A DNA stretch of 64,000 nucleotides. Source: an uncultured Verrucomicrobiota bacterium. GTDB taxonomy: Bacteria; Verrucomicrobiota; Verrucomicrobiia; Limisphaerales; CAIMTB01. The notes under the pieces are model-generated. The model saw only the letters and a list, made by a program, of their open reading frames with translations, was not told where the DNA came from and made no database searches. The DNA lies in the NCBI GenBank assembly GCA_964476125.1, contig CAYZAE010000002.1, forward strand, positions 52,395-116,394. The letters run 5' to 3'. Each line of letters starts with the position of its first letter. Within the stretch, counting starts at the first letter, position 1. Below are positions 47,090-56,864 of this stretch, one piece after another. Both the position numbers and the translations under genes were made by a program.

Positions 47090-49159
47090 ATGAATCCCGA
47101 GCCACCAGAACAGAACCCCGGCAATCCGCAGGATCCCGCCGGTCAGACGCCGGAATCCCCGGTGCCGCCACCTCCGGCGCAGTCGGCTCCCCCGTTGCAT
47201 CCCGCGCATCACAAACCGACCGGTGGGCTGCATCGGCGGATGGACCAGAGCTTCCTGGAATACGCGAGCTACGTGATCCGGGATCGGGCCATCCCGAACC
47301 TTGCGGACGGACTGAAGCCGGTTCAGCGGCGGATTCTGTGGGCGATGCATCGCATCGACGACGGCAAGCTGCACAAGGTGGCGAACATTGTGGGGCAGAC
47401 GATGCCCTACCATCCGCATGGCGACGCCTCGATCGGCGATGCGATTGTGGTGCTGACGAACAAGCGGTTTGTCATCGAGGGGCAGGGGAACTTCGGCAAC
47501 ATCTTCACCGGGGATCCGGCGGCGGCCTCGCGTTACATCGAGGCGCGCCTGACGGAGCTTGCTCGGACGGAGTTGTTCAACGATGAGCTGACCGAGTTCG
47601 TTCCGACCTACGATGGGCGCAACAAGGAGCCGGTCACGCTGCCCTGCAAACTGCCGCTTCTGCTGATGCTGGGGACGGAGGGTATCGCGGTCGGATTGTC
47701 GGCGCGCATTCTGCCGCACAATTTCACCGAGCTCCTCGAGGCACAGGTGGCGATTCTCGAGGGCCGGAGCTTCAAACTCGTCCCCGATTTCCCGACCGGC
47801 GGCCTGATGGACGCCAAGGATTATGCGGATGGGACGGGTTCGGTGCGTGTGCGGGCGCGGGTGAAGGTGAAGGACGACGACACGGTGGTGATCACGGAGA
47901 TCCCGCCTGGGACGACGACCGATTCGTTGATTGGTTCGATCGAGGATGCGGCGAAGAAGGGGAAGCTGAAGGTTCGGGCGATCAATGACTTCACCTCGGA
48001 GAAGGTGGAGATTGCGGTGGAGGTGCCGAAGGGGGTGGAGCCGCAGCAGTTGGTGGATGCGTTGTACGCCTTCACGCAGTGCGAGCAGTCGATCAGCAGC
48101 CGGATCGTGGTGATCCGGGACAATCGGCCGGTGGAGATGACGGTGACGGAGGTGTTGAAGGCGAACACCGACCAGCTGGTGGCGCTGCTGCAGCGGGAGC
48201 TGGAGTTGAAGCGGGACCACCTCGAACTCGAGCTGCATCACAAGACGCTGGTGCAGCTCTTCATCGAGCACAAAGTATACAAACGCCTGGAGACGGCGAA
48301 GACGGCCGAGGCGGTGGTGCGGGAGGTTTACGAGGGGTTCAAGCCCCTGCGGAAGCAGATGCTCCGCGACCTCACGGATCCCGACGTCGAGATGCTCCTG
48401 AGGGTTCAGATCCGGCGGATCTCGCTCTTCGACATCCAGCAGCATCGCGACGAGATGGAGAAGATCTCGGCCGAGCTGGCCCAGACGGTGAAATCGTTGA
48501 AGAACGTCCGGGCGTACACCATCAGCCGGCTCAAGGGGCTGCTGGCGAAGTACGGTCCGCAGTTCCCCCGCATGACGCGCTCGGGGCGCTTCGACGAGGT
48601 TGAGGCCAAGGACGTGGCGTTCAAGACCTTCAAGGTCACCTACGACAGCAAGACCGGCTACATCGGGTACAAGGTGGGCGGGGACGAGTTCACCCTGATG
48701 TGCTCGAAGTTCGACAAGCTCCTGCTGGTGTTCAAGGACGGCCGGTACAAGGTGATCGAGCTGCCGGAGAAACTGTTCGTGGGTCAGGACCTGATCTACT
48801 GCGAGCCGCCGGATCGCGAGCGGGTGTACACGGTGGCGTACAGCACGAAGGACGCGACCTGGATGAAGCGGTTCACGTTCGGCGGCACGATCCTGGAGAA
48901 GGAATACCAACTCTGTCCCGAGCCCAAGTCGAAGATCCTCTTCTTTGAGGCGGACACGCCGGAGAAGGTCTACATCAAATACAAGCAGGCGCCGTATCAG
49001 AAGGTGACGCAGCAGACGGCCAAGCCCGCGGATCTCGCGGTCAAGAACGCCAAGGCGCGGGGGAATCAGGTCTCGATCAAGGACGTGGCGAGCATCAACA
49101 GCAAGCCGCCGCGGAACTGGGATGCCGAGGAGCCCACGACCCAGCTGAAGTTCCTCTGA
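47090..49159 (+). CDS. type IIA DNA topoisomerase subunit A (GyrA/ParC family, ParC-like with a short C-terminal domain)
   Basis: YASYVIRDRAIPNLADGLKPVQRRILW, HPHGDASIGDAIV and AAASRYIEARL (catalytic Tyr context). 689 aa with a Pro-rich 45-aa N-terminal extension. No B subunit is adjacent. Confidence 0.85.
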   Translation: MNPEPPEQNPGNPQDPAGQTPESPVPPPPAQSAPPLHPAHHKPTGGLHRRMDQSFLEYASYVIRDRAIPNLADGLKPVQRRILWAMHRIDDGKLHKVANIVGQTMPYHPHGDASIGDAIVVLTNKRFVIEGQGNFGNIFTGDPAAASRYIEARLTELARTELFNDELTEFVPTYDGRNKEPVTLPCKLPLLLMLGTEGIAVGLSARILPHNFTELLEAQVAILEGRSFKLVPDFPTGGLMDAKDYADGTGSVRVRARVKVKDDDTVVITEIPPGTTTDSLIGSIEDAAKKGKLKVRAINDFTSEKVEIAVEVPKGVEPQQLVDALYAFTQCEQSISSRIVVIRDNRPVEMTVTEVLKANTDQLVALLQRELELKRDHLELELHHKTLVQLFIEHKVYKRLETAKTAEAVVREVYEGFKPLRKQMLRDLTDPDVEMLLRVQIRRISLFDIQQHRDEMEKISAELAQTVKSLKNVRAYTISRLKGLLAKYGPQFPRMTRSGRFDEVEAKDVAFKTFKVTYDSKTGYIGYKVGGDEFTLMCSKFDKLLLVFKDGRYKVIELPEKLFVGQDLIYCEPPDRERVYTVAYSTKDATWMKRFTFGGTILEKEYQLCPEPKSKILFFEADTPEKVYIKYKQAPYQKVTQQTAKPADLAVKNAKARGNQVSIKDVASINSKPPRNWDAEEPTTQLKFL

Positions 49160-49173
49160 ACTCCGGACTCGGG

Positions 49174-49195
49174 CTGGACGGTTGATCCCGTCCAG
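49174..49195. terminator. 8-bp stem hairpin between convergent genes
   Basis: CTGGACGG-ttgatc-CCGTCCAG, between the + strand topoisomerase stop (49159) and the - strand stop (49205). Confidence 0.35.
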
Positions 49196-49204
49196 GCGCG
49201 GTCT

Positions 49205-50026
49205 TTACTGGAGGTGGGGTTTGTTGTCGCGGTTCCAGCGACGTGCGACCCGCTCGCGGTTGCCCAGGTCCTTCCACAGCTGCGCGGCGAGGTCCGTCCG
49301 GCGCTCGGCGGTGACGTGGCCGTCGCAGAACAGGATGCTGGCGCGCTTGTTGTGCAGGTCCAGGGGCCATTGCCGCTCCTCATACATGCCGATGAACCCG
49401 CTCCAGTCCGGGTCGCCCTTGCGCTTCAGGTCCCAGTTGCTGTCCCCAATGGCGATCATTTCGGTGGGATTCACCACCGCTTCCGGCTTTGTTTCACCCC
49501 AGATCGGGTCGCCCTTGTAGACTCCCAGACCGGTGTTGGGGTTTTGACCGGCGTAGGCTCCCCAGACGTTGTAGCCGTAGCTCATGAAGCTGACGCCGCC
49601 GGGAACGAGACGGACCTCGTCGGCGAGGTAGCCGTCCTCGGCGGGCAGTTTGCTTCCGAAGGTGGGTTTCCATTGGGCTTTTTCCGGGGCGGACGGGCAC
49701 TTGAAGAGGTCGGTGCTACGCCCCATGCCGATGTGTTCCCGGAGCAGCGACGGCCAGATCCAGGAATTGTTCCGGCTGGCATTGATGCCGACGGGGTAAT
49801 GGCCGGTGTCGTCGCTGAAGGTGGCCATGGCGATGCCCATCTGCCGGAGGTTGCTGAGGCATTTGATTCCCTTGGCCTTCTCCTTCGCCTTGGCCAGGGC
49901 GGGTAGAAGCATGCTGGCGAGAATGGCGATGATGGCGATCACCACCAGCAGTTCGATCAGGGTGAAGCCAGGGGCGGGCGCCCGGCGTGATGCACCGGGC
50001 CGATGCGAAGGATCATCGAAAGTCAT
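49205..50026 (-). CDS. prepilin-type N-terminal cleavage/methylation domain protein, H-X9-DG (DUF1559) family
   Basis: [32 protein letters not shown] is the class III signal. The C-terminal ILFCDGHV fits the family ending. Confidence 0.9.
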   Translation of the reverse strand: MTFDDPSHRPGASRRAPAPGFTLIELLVVIAIIAILASMLLPALAKAKEKAKGIKCLSNLRQMGIAMATFSDDTGHYPVGINASRNNSWIWPSLLREHIGMGRSTDLFKCPSAPEKAQWKPTFGSKLPAEDGYLADEVRLVPGGVSFMSYGYNVWGAYAGQNPNTGLGVYKGDPIWGETKPEAVVNPTEMIAIGDSNWDLKRKGDPDWSGFIGMYEERQWPLDLHNKRASILFCDGHVTAERRTDLAAQLWKDLGNRERVARRWNRDNKPHLQ

Positions 50027-50196
50027 GGTATGGTCCTTTCATGCTCCCGCGCCGGGGACGCCGTCAATCCCCGGCCGTGCGCCGGTGGGATTGCCGCAGC
50101 GCGACAATCCCCCCAACACGCGGGTGCGCCCGCCGGAAGTTGGTGCGAAAAAGCGGTTGGCTCCGCCCGCGGTGCTGCCGGTAAGCTCATCGCCCG

Positions 50197-51117
50197 ATGT
50201 CCGACGAGAAGATGCCACGACTGAACAAGTTGCCGTTCTGGTTTGCGGACGGCGTGCTCCTTGCGACCGCCGGTGTGCTGGTCGCGGTGGGGGCACGGCC
50301 CCTGGGGGTTTGGGAGATGCTGACCATCGCGGGTTGCGGTGGTCTGGGGGCCTGGCTCGCGGTTCTTCCGTTTCTCAAGGAGTACGAGGCCTCCGTGAAA
50401 CTGGCTGAGACGGATCGCCTGACCGAGACGGCCGCCCGCCTGGATCAACTTGAGGCCCTCGCCCAGCACATTGCGCACGCCACCAGCCAATGGCAGGCGG
50501 TCCAGGATCGCGCCGGTCAAACGGCGGAACTCGCGAAGGGCGTTGTGGAACGTTTGGCGCGCGAAGCCGAGTCCTTCGCCGGCGCGGTTCAACGGACCTC
50601 GGATGGCGAACGGCAGACCCTCAAACTCGAGGTGGAGAAACTGCGCCGGGTCGAGGGCGACTGGCTTCAGGCCACCGGCCGGGTGATGGATCACATCTTC
50701 GCCCTCCATGTCGCCGCCGTCCGCTCCGGTCAGCGTGGGCTGGTCGAACAAATCGACCGGTTCCATGGCGCCTGCCGCGAGGCGCTTCGGCGGGTGGGCT
50801 TCATGCCCATCGTCGCCGCACCCGAAGAACCGTTCGATCCCCGGAAACACCAGCTGCCCGAAGGCGGGGAAGTTCCCCCGGGCGCAGTGGTGGACGAAAC
50901 GCTGGCGCCGGGCTTCGTGTTCCAGGGGCGACTCCTGCGCCCGATCATCGTGCGACTGGCGGGTTCCCCCGCCGCCGCCGCTGCTCCTGCGGGCGCCGGT
51001 GCGGAAGGGAACGTGGAGGGCGCCGGTCCGGCAGGCGCTGCGCCCGGAACCGGCACTGCTTCCACCGAGGCCGGGGAGTCGGTGAGCTTTACGGAGCCGC
51101 CCGCCGGACTGTCCTGA
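50197..51117 (+). CDS. membrane-anchored GrpE-like nucleotide-exchange-factor homologue
   Basis: Two N-terminal TM helices (FWFADGVLLATAGVLVAVG, MLTIAGCGGLGAWLAVLPFL), then a coiled-coil region. The C-terminus LRRVGFMPIVAAPEEPFDPRKHQ...VPPGAVVDETLAPGFVFQGRLLRPIIVRL fits the GrpE pattern L.K.G...I....FDP..H.......V..G.V......GY...GR.LR.A.V.V. Confidence 0.6.
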   Translation: MSDEKMPRLNKLPFWFADGVLLATAGVLVAVGARPLGVWEMLTIAGCGGLGAWLAVLPFLKEYEASVKLAETDRLTETAARLDQLEALAQHIAHATSQWQAVQDRAGQTAELAKGVVERLAREAESFAGAVQRTSDGERQTLKLEVEKLRRVEGDWLQATGRVMDHIFALHVAAVRSGQRGLVEQIDRFHGACREALRRVGFMPIVAAPEEPFDPRKHQLPEGGEVPPGAVVDETLAPGFVFQGRLLRPIIVRLAGSPAAAAAPAGAGAEGNVEGAGPAGAAPGTGTASTEAGESVSFTEPPAGLS

Positions 51118-51191
51118 GCGACGGATCAGGCCGGGGCTGGACGGACGACGGCGGATTGGGTTGGAATCTTTGAATCCCGACAGGAATCGAC

Positions 51192-51908
51192 ATGGCGAAA
51201 GTCATTGCAGAAATGCTGGTGGAAAAGGTCACGCCCGAGGCGGCGGACGTGAAAACGCTCCTTCTCCGGTGGCCGGAGGGCTACGACGTGGAGTTCAAGA
51301 CCGGGCAGTTCATCACGGTCTTCTGGCCGGATACGCCCACCTACAAGCGGGCCTATTCCCTTTCCTCGTGCGCCCTCGACCGAGGTTGCTTCGAGGTGAC
51401 CATCAAGCGCGAAGGGAAGATGGGGACGCGGATTGTGGACTGGGTGAAGCCGGGGGATCGACTTGGCGTGCTTCCGCCTGCGGGACGGTTCCTGCCGGTG
51501 TTTGAGCCGGACATGCATCTGGTCTGCATCGCCGGAGGTTCGGGGGTGACGCCCTTCCGGGGTTTTGCCCGGGAAGCCACGCGGCGGGATCTCCCGACGC
51601 GGGTCACGGTGCTGTACAGCGTGCGACGGCCATCCGACATCATCTTCCGCCAGGAGTTCGAGGAACTGGCGCGGCAGAACCCGAAATTCTTGTTCCACGT
51701 AACCTGCACGCGCCTCACGCCCGACGATTCATGGCACGGGCATCATGGCCGGATCACGCCGCACTGGGTCCGGCAGCATCTGGGCGATCCCGAACGCACG
51801 GTGTTTTATGCCTGCGGCCCGAATGCCCTGGTGGATCACGCGGAACACATGGTCCTGCATGACCTCGGGATTCCGAAGGAGCGGATGAAGCTGGAGAAAT
51901 GGGGCTGA
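51192..51908 (+). CDS. ferredoxin-NADP reductase-like FAD/NAD(P)-binding oxidoreductase
   Basis: RAYSLSS is the RxYS FAD motif. Also GKMGTRIV and CIAGGSGVTPFRGF (NAD(P) binding). 238 aa. Confidence 0.8.
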   Translation: MAKVIAEMLVEKVTPEAADVKTLLLRWPEGYDVEFKTGQFITVFWPDTPTYKRAYSLSSCALDRGCFEVTIKREGKMGTRIVDWVKPGDRLGVLPPAGRFLPVFEPDMHLVCIAGGSGVTPFRGFAREATRRDLPTRVTVLYSVRRPSDIIFRQEFEELARQNPKFLFHVTCTRLTPDDSWHGHHGRITPHWVRQHLGDPERTVFYACGPNALVDHAEHMVLHDLGIPKERMKLEKWG

Positions 51909-51964
51909 CCCGGGACCGCCGGGGCACCTGACGTCCGTCCGTCGCCTGATCCGGTGAGGCGCAG

Positions 51965-51985
51965 AGCCGGCGTCGGGAGCCGGCT
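51965..51985. terminator. 7-bp stem hairpin between convergent genes
   Basis: AGCCGGC-gtcggga-GCCGGCT followed by TTC, between stops at 51908 (+) and 52014 (-). Confidence 0.3.
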
Positions 51986-52013
51986 TCGGGATCGAGGTCG
52001 GGAGCCGGGGACG

Positions 52014-52979
52014 CTAGAAGAGCCGGACGTACGATTTCTTGCGCAGGCGGGCGAGCCACTGGCCCTGGAGCCGGCTGCGTTCCGTCTGCACCAGGGTTCG
52101 TTCGATTTCGTCGCGAACCTCGGTGATGGGGCGGACGTGGGCGTTGCGAACCTCCTCCACGAGCATGATGTAAACGGCTTCGGCCTTCTCGATCGGATCG
52201 CTGCGCTTGCCGGCGGGCAGCTTGAAGGCGAGATCCGCCAGATCCTCACGCAGCACCTTGCGCTCCACCCAGCCCCACAGACCGCCTTCGCGCGCCTGCG
52301 AACCGTCGGAATAAACGGAAGCCATCTCGGCGAACGACACGCCTTCATCCAGTTTCCCGATGATCTCGCGGGCAAGGCGCATGGCATCGACGGGGTTCCG
52401 GGTCTTTTCCAGCACGATCATCCGCAGGCGGACCTGGTCGGCGATGCGGAACTTGTCCTCGTTGTCCTTGTAATATCTGTCGATGCGACCGGGGGAGATG
52501 AGGATATCGCGGGGGACATTCCGGCCGCGCATGATGTACTCGATGAACTGCTCGCGGATGTCGCGGCGGTAGCTTTCGAAGGTGACGCCCTGTTCCTGAA
52601 GGGTCTTCTGGAGGGTGGCGCGGTCGTCGTAGTGTTCCTTGATCTCCTTCTGCACGTGTTCCTCGATGTAGGTCTCGGGGATGTTGACCTTGAGATCGTC
52701 GAATTCCTGGATGATGAGCCGGCGTTCGATCAGGCGCTCAACCCCTTCGCGCTTCGCATCCTGGAGGCGCTGTCGAAACACGTCCGGCTGATTCGCGTAC
52801 TGGACGCGCATGGCCTCGATGGGGCGGGCGATGAGTCGCTGGACCTGCTCGAAGGTGATCACGGAATTGCCCACCAGGGCGGCGATCCCATTGACCATGT
52901 CCGCAGCCCCGGACGGGGGAAGGAGGCGAACTGCGGCGAGGCCCGCGAGGCCCGCGATGATAGACAGGATCAGCTTCAT
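52014..52979 (-). CDS. SurA-like periplasmic chaperone / parvulin-type peptidyl-prolyl isomerase
   Basis: ORF 52014..53012 trimmed to ATG 52979 (signal MKLILSIIAGLAGLAAV). SurA-N-like helical region, then a parvulin segment LRMIVLEK...GVSFAEMASVYSDGSQAREGGLWGWV. Confidence 0.8.
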   Translation of the reverse strand: MKLILSIIAGLAGLAAVRLLPPSGAADMVNGIAALVGNSVITFEQVQRLIARPIEAMRVQYANQPDVFRQRLQDAKREGVERLIERRLIIQEFDDLKVNIPETYIEEHVQKEIKEHYDDRATLQKTLQEQGVTFESYRRDIREQFIEYIMRGRNVPRDILISPGRIDRYYKDNEDKFRIADQVRLRMIVLEKTRNPVDAMRLAREIIGKLDEGVSFAEMASVYSDGSQAREGGLWGWVERKVLREDLADLAFKLPAGKRSDPIEKAEAVYIMLVEEVRNAHVRPITEVRDEIERTLVQTERSRLQGQWLARLRKKSYVRLF

Positions 52980-53023
52980 TGCGCTGGGCTGCATGTTCCG
53001 GACCCGAGGCACCGGGGGTCAAG

Positions 53024-54694
53024 TCAGGCTTCAACTCTCCGGCCATTCAATTGGCCCCCCGATCCGTCGCCGGCGGCGCGGTTCCGGAGCTCCGGCCGAA
53101 CCATCCCGAGGGTCGCCATCACGCAGGCCCAGCCGAAGACATCCCCGAACCGGTTGTAAAACGTCCCTCCAGGATTGCCAAAGGTGAGGGTCAGGAGATC
53201 GAACCCGGGATCATAAACATCCCGTCCCTCGGCGAGCCGGACGGAATGCACCCGCCCGCGGGCATCGACCCAGCAGCTGATCCCGTTGTTGGTGGCCCGG
53301 ATCAGCGGAATCCCGTTCTCCACGGCCCGGAACACCGCGTTGGCCAGGTGCTGCCACTGGGCGGCGCTCCGGTCGAACCAGGCGTCGTTGGTGAGGTTGA
53401 CCAGGAAATCGACCCCCGCACCGGCATGTTCCCGGGCCTGCTGCGGAAAGTTGTCCTCGAAACAAATCAGGGGGGACGCGGTAACCCCCAGGTTCTCCAA
53501 CCGGAAGGACTCGGGCTTCCGACCCGGATGAAATCCGTCCCCGATCGGAGCCAGCCGGCGCAGAAACGGGAACCAGTCCGCCAACGGAATGTACTCCCCG
53601 AACATGACCAGGCGTCGTTTCCGGTACGACGCGACGATCCGGCCCTCGGGATCCATGAGAAAAGCCGAGTTGTACGCGCGTCCCGGCGTCCCGGCGTCTG
53701 TCTCGTCGGGTTCCGCCTCATCGGCCCCGAAAATAAGCCAGGTGCGCGCCCCCTTGATGGCGGCGGCGAGTCGGTCGAAATCGGAACGTTCCAGCCCGCC
53801 CGGCAACGATGCCTCCGGCCAGACCACCAGGTCCGGCCGGGTCGCCAGCGTCTGTTCGGTGAGGCGAAGCAGGGCCTCGAAACGGTTGGTGACCGCGTCC
53901 GGATCAAAAATGACGTTCTGCGGAATGGCCGGCTGGATCAGGCCGAGGCTCAGGCGCCGGGGCGCCTTGGGTTCCGTGAAGACGGCGAGAAACCCGCCAA
54001 ACGCAATGGCCACCATGATCAGCGCCGGAAAAATCAGCGGCCGGCGCCAGACCAGGGTCTTGTCGGGGTCGCGTAAAAGCAGGATGACCGCCGTGAACAA
54101 GGACACCGAAAACCAGACGATGGTGAAGGAGACCCCATAGATTCCGGTCACCGAGGCCACCTGGATCAGGGGCAGCATCCGGTACTGGGACGCCCCCAAA
54201 AGGTTCCAGGGGAACCCCCCGAACAGGCGGGCGATGAACATCTCCCACGCCACCCACGCCGCAGCGCACGCCAGAAACCAGAGGTTGAGCCGAAGCCAGG
54301 GCGCCGCCGTGAAGTCGTCACCCAGTTCCCGGAACGTAAACGGCCCCGCCCGGACCAACCCCAGCCTGCGCGCCATCCGCCACGAGGCCGCCGCCCAGAC
54401 CGGCGGAAACAAGGCCAGAAAGAAGGATAGGGCGAACCAGCCGGTGTACGCCCCCGCCGGAAACGGGATGTGCCGGAGCCACGAGAGGCTGATGAGGTAA
54501 TGGACCGCCGCCGCAACGTACCCCGCCCGGAACGTCAATCCCCCCGGCGCACCCCCCGTGACCGTCAGCAACAGCCCCGGAACCGCCCAGGCCAGCCCGG
54601 CGACACCCGGCAGGGGAAAGGAAATGCCCCACACCACCCCGGCCAGGGCGGCGGCAAACAGTCGGGTGCGGGTGGTCCAGGCCGTCATCTTCAT
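53024..54694 (-). CDS. lnt: apolipoprotein N-acyltransferase
   Basis: ORF 53024..54760 trimmed to ATG 54694. Polytopic N-terminus, then a CN-hydrolase domain with VVWPE, YRKRRLVMFGEYIP and PLICFEDNFP (catalytic Cys context). Confidence 0.9.
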   Translation of the reverse strand: MKMTAWTTRTRLFAAALAGVVWGISFPLPGVAGLAWAVPGLLLTVTGGAPGGLTFRAGYVAAAVHYLISLSWLRHIPFPAGAYTGWFALSFFLALFPPVWAAASWRMARRLGLVRAGPFTFRELGDDFTAAPWLRLNLWFLACAAAWVAWEMFIARLFGGFPWNLLGASQYRMLPLIQVASVTGIYGVSFTIVWFSVSLFTAVILLLRDPDKTLVWRRPLIFPALIMVAIAFGGFLAVFTEPKAPRRLSLGLIQPAIPQNVIFDPDAVTNRFEALLRLTEQTLATRPDLVVWPEASLPGGLERSDFDRLAAAIKGARTWLIFGADEAEPDETDAGTPGRAYNSAFLMDPEGRIVASYRKRRLVMFGEYIPLADWFPFLRRLAPIGDGFHPGRKPESFRLENLGVTASPLICFEDNFPQQAREHAGAGVDFLVNLTNDAWFDRSAAQWQHLANAVFRAVENGIPLIRATNNGISCWVDARGRVHSVRLAEGRDVYDPGFDLLTLTFGNPGGTFYNRFGDVFGWACVMATLGMVRPELRNRAAGDGSGGQLNGRRVEA

Positions 54695-54765
54695 GGCGTC
54701 ACGAGCGGCCGGGAGATTGGGCAGCCCCTCACCCCACCGCAAGCCGGGGCCCACATCCACCCTGG

Positions 54766-56736
54766 TTACTTCGCCAGCGGCAGCGCTCCCAGCAGGCGCA
54801 CCAACGCAAAAGGACGCAGCTCCAGCGCGAATTCGTCCTCGGTCGAGACCAGTCGCTGGCCCGCATTCGAGCGCCAGGTCTCCGACGCCGACATCGCCTG
54901 GAGCACGTTGGTGTCATCCAGAAACCTCAACCGCCAGGTCCCCGGCAGGCCCGTGATCCGCGCTTCCACGGTCTCCGGGGTCAGGTTCGCAATCCACAGC
55001 GCCACCCGTCCCTGCTGCCGGATCGCCAGCGTCGCCAGGGTCCGGTTCGGGCCGGATTGGACCCGGAGAACCTCCCCCCTTGTGAATTCCGCGAGGTCCG
55101 CAAACACGTGATACAACGGAAACACACCGCCCGGGACGGAGGGAAACAGGCTCGCCGGCAGGGCGGGTTTTGCCGATTCCAGCACGCCCCGCGGGCCGGA
55201 GGTCTCGAACCAGGTGAGGCTCTCCACGGCCATGGGAGTCAACGCCCCCAGCATGGCAAGGGTCCAACCCGCCCCGAACAGTGACAGCTGGCGGGCATCC
55301 ACCTCCGGAGGGAGTTCCCCGTCCGGTGGCCGCATCGGGACGCCACTCGCCACCGGATTGAACCGGGGCTTGAGCGTGATCGGCGACACCACCAGCGGGA
55401 CACCGGGAAAATACGCGGCGACACTGGTGATCTGCTGCGCCGCCGCCTCCGGGGTCTCCGCGAGGCTGGTCAGGTCAAAGGCGTGCACCTGCGGATTCAT
55501 CGACCACGCGATGAACTCGGCGTCCCCGGGCGGGCGTTCGAGATTCAACTGATACAGGTCCGCGTCGGTGCCGGCCCCGATCGGCGCCGCGAAGTCCGCG
55601 AGGGGGCCGCGCACCAATCCGAACAGTTCTGCGGGCGTGGAACGGCGGCCGTCCTGGAAGACCATGATCCGGACGATGTCGGGGCGCGCCGAACGGACGG
55701 CCTCGAACAAAGGCCGGAGGTCCGAGGCTCCGGAAGCGGGGAAATGGAGGGCCATTTCCAGGGGGACGCCCAGGTCCGCCGCCTCGCGCGCATGGCGTCG
55801 GAGGCGCGCCGGATAACCGGGGTCCGCCAGGTGCAGGTCCACCCGCAGATGGGCCAGGGAAAGCGCCGAAAGCTGGGTGAGTTCCTGGTCCGACAACGGC
55901 TGGTCGTGGCTGGCCGCCCCGAGTCCGATATCCGGAAGCCGGCGAATGCGCGCCGAACCGGGATCCAGGTACACCGCGGCGCTCCGGCCCGGCCCCGTCG
56001 ATCGGGGAACGCTGACCGGGCGGTCGTGGAGAAGCCGGACCTCGACGGTTTGCCTGAGGCGCGTTCCCGCCGCGATCTCGGCGGGGAAGGGGAGCCGGAT
56101 GGGGGTGCTGTAGGTCTTGAAGGAGGCATCGGTCCAATTCCGCTGGTCCTCGGTTTCGAAGACCTCGCCCGTGAATCGAACCCCGGCCCACAGCCCGGGT
56201 TCGATCTCGTGATCGATGCCGGTCATGTCCTGGAAGCCGGGAACCGGCTGCCCGGAGGCGATGATCGTGGGGAAGGTGTCGGTGTGGACCGATCCGTCGA
56301 CGCGATGAATTCGGACGGGTTTGCCGCAGCATTCGCGGATCGGGTGAAGCACGCAGCAGCCGATGCGATTCCGCAGGAAAGTGGTTCCCGCCATGCCTTC
56401 GAATTCGAAAACCACGGAGCTTTCGGCCGTTCCCAGGATCCGCGCCCGCCATTCGAACTCAATGTCCCCCCGACGGTGCATGGACCGGTAATCAATGCGA
56501 AACCAGTCCGGTCCGGTCTCGATCCGCTCGTCGTGCAGGGTCCCGGGAACGGTGCCCCAGTTCGCGTCCCGCACGGCCGCGTAGATGCGCCGGATGATCT
56601 CGCGCGACCCCAGTCGGATGTGTCGAAGGTCGCCCGCCTCGTAGGTGATCTCGAGGGAACCGGCGCGAAGTGCGGTCTGCCGCGGGGGCGGTTCCGCGGA
56701 CCCGTGGCGCAGAAAATTCAGTGGGAGGGCGGGCAT
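54766..56736 (-). CDS. hypothetical protein (656 aa), no motif recognised
   Basis: Long ORF 54766..56862; ATG 56736 (MPALPLNF...) is preferred because the longer form would abut the divergent gene. Coding-like composition and co-directional with lnt. I cannot assign a family by eye. Confidence 0.6.
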   Translation of the reverse strand: MPALPLNFLRHGSAEPPPRQTALRAGSLEITYEAGDLRHIRLGSREIIRRIYAAVRDANWGTVPGTLHDERIETGPDWFRIDYRSMHRRGDIEFEWRARILGTAESSVVFEFEGMAGTTFLRNRIGCCVLHPIRECCGKPVRIHRVDGSVHTDTFPTIIASGQPVPGFQDMTGIDHEIEPGLWAGVRFTGEVFETEDQRNWTDASFKTYSTPIRLPFPAEIAAGTRLRQTVEVRLLHDRPVSVPRSTGPGRSAAVYLDPGSARIRRLPDIGLGAASHDQPLSDQELTQLSALSLAHLRVDLHLADPGYPARLRRHAREAADLGVPLEMALHFPASGASDLRPLFEAVRSARPDIVRIMVFQDGRRSTPAELFGLVRGPLADFAAPIGAGTDADLYQLNLERPPGDAEFIAWSMNPQVHAFDLTSLAETPEAAAQQITSVAAYFPGVPLVVSPITLKPRFNPVASGVPMRPPDGELPPEVDARQLSLFGAGWTLAMLGALTPMAVESLTWFETSGPRGVLESAKPALPASLFPSVPGGVFPLYHVFADLAEFTRGEVLRVQSGPNRTLATLAIRQQGRVALWIANLTPETVEARITGLPGTWRLRFLDDTNVLQAMSASETWRSNAGQRLVSTEDEFALELRPFALVRLLGALPLAK

Positions 56737-56864
56737 GACGACGTCGGTTCCCCGGATCCTGCGCGGCCAAACCCAGCACCGCAAACACGAGTTGGGCCGG
56801 GGGATCGCCCCAAGGAATTCGTGATGAACCGCGGAAGGCTTCCGGGTAGCGTTCCCGCACAACG

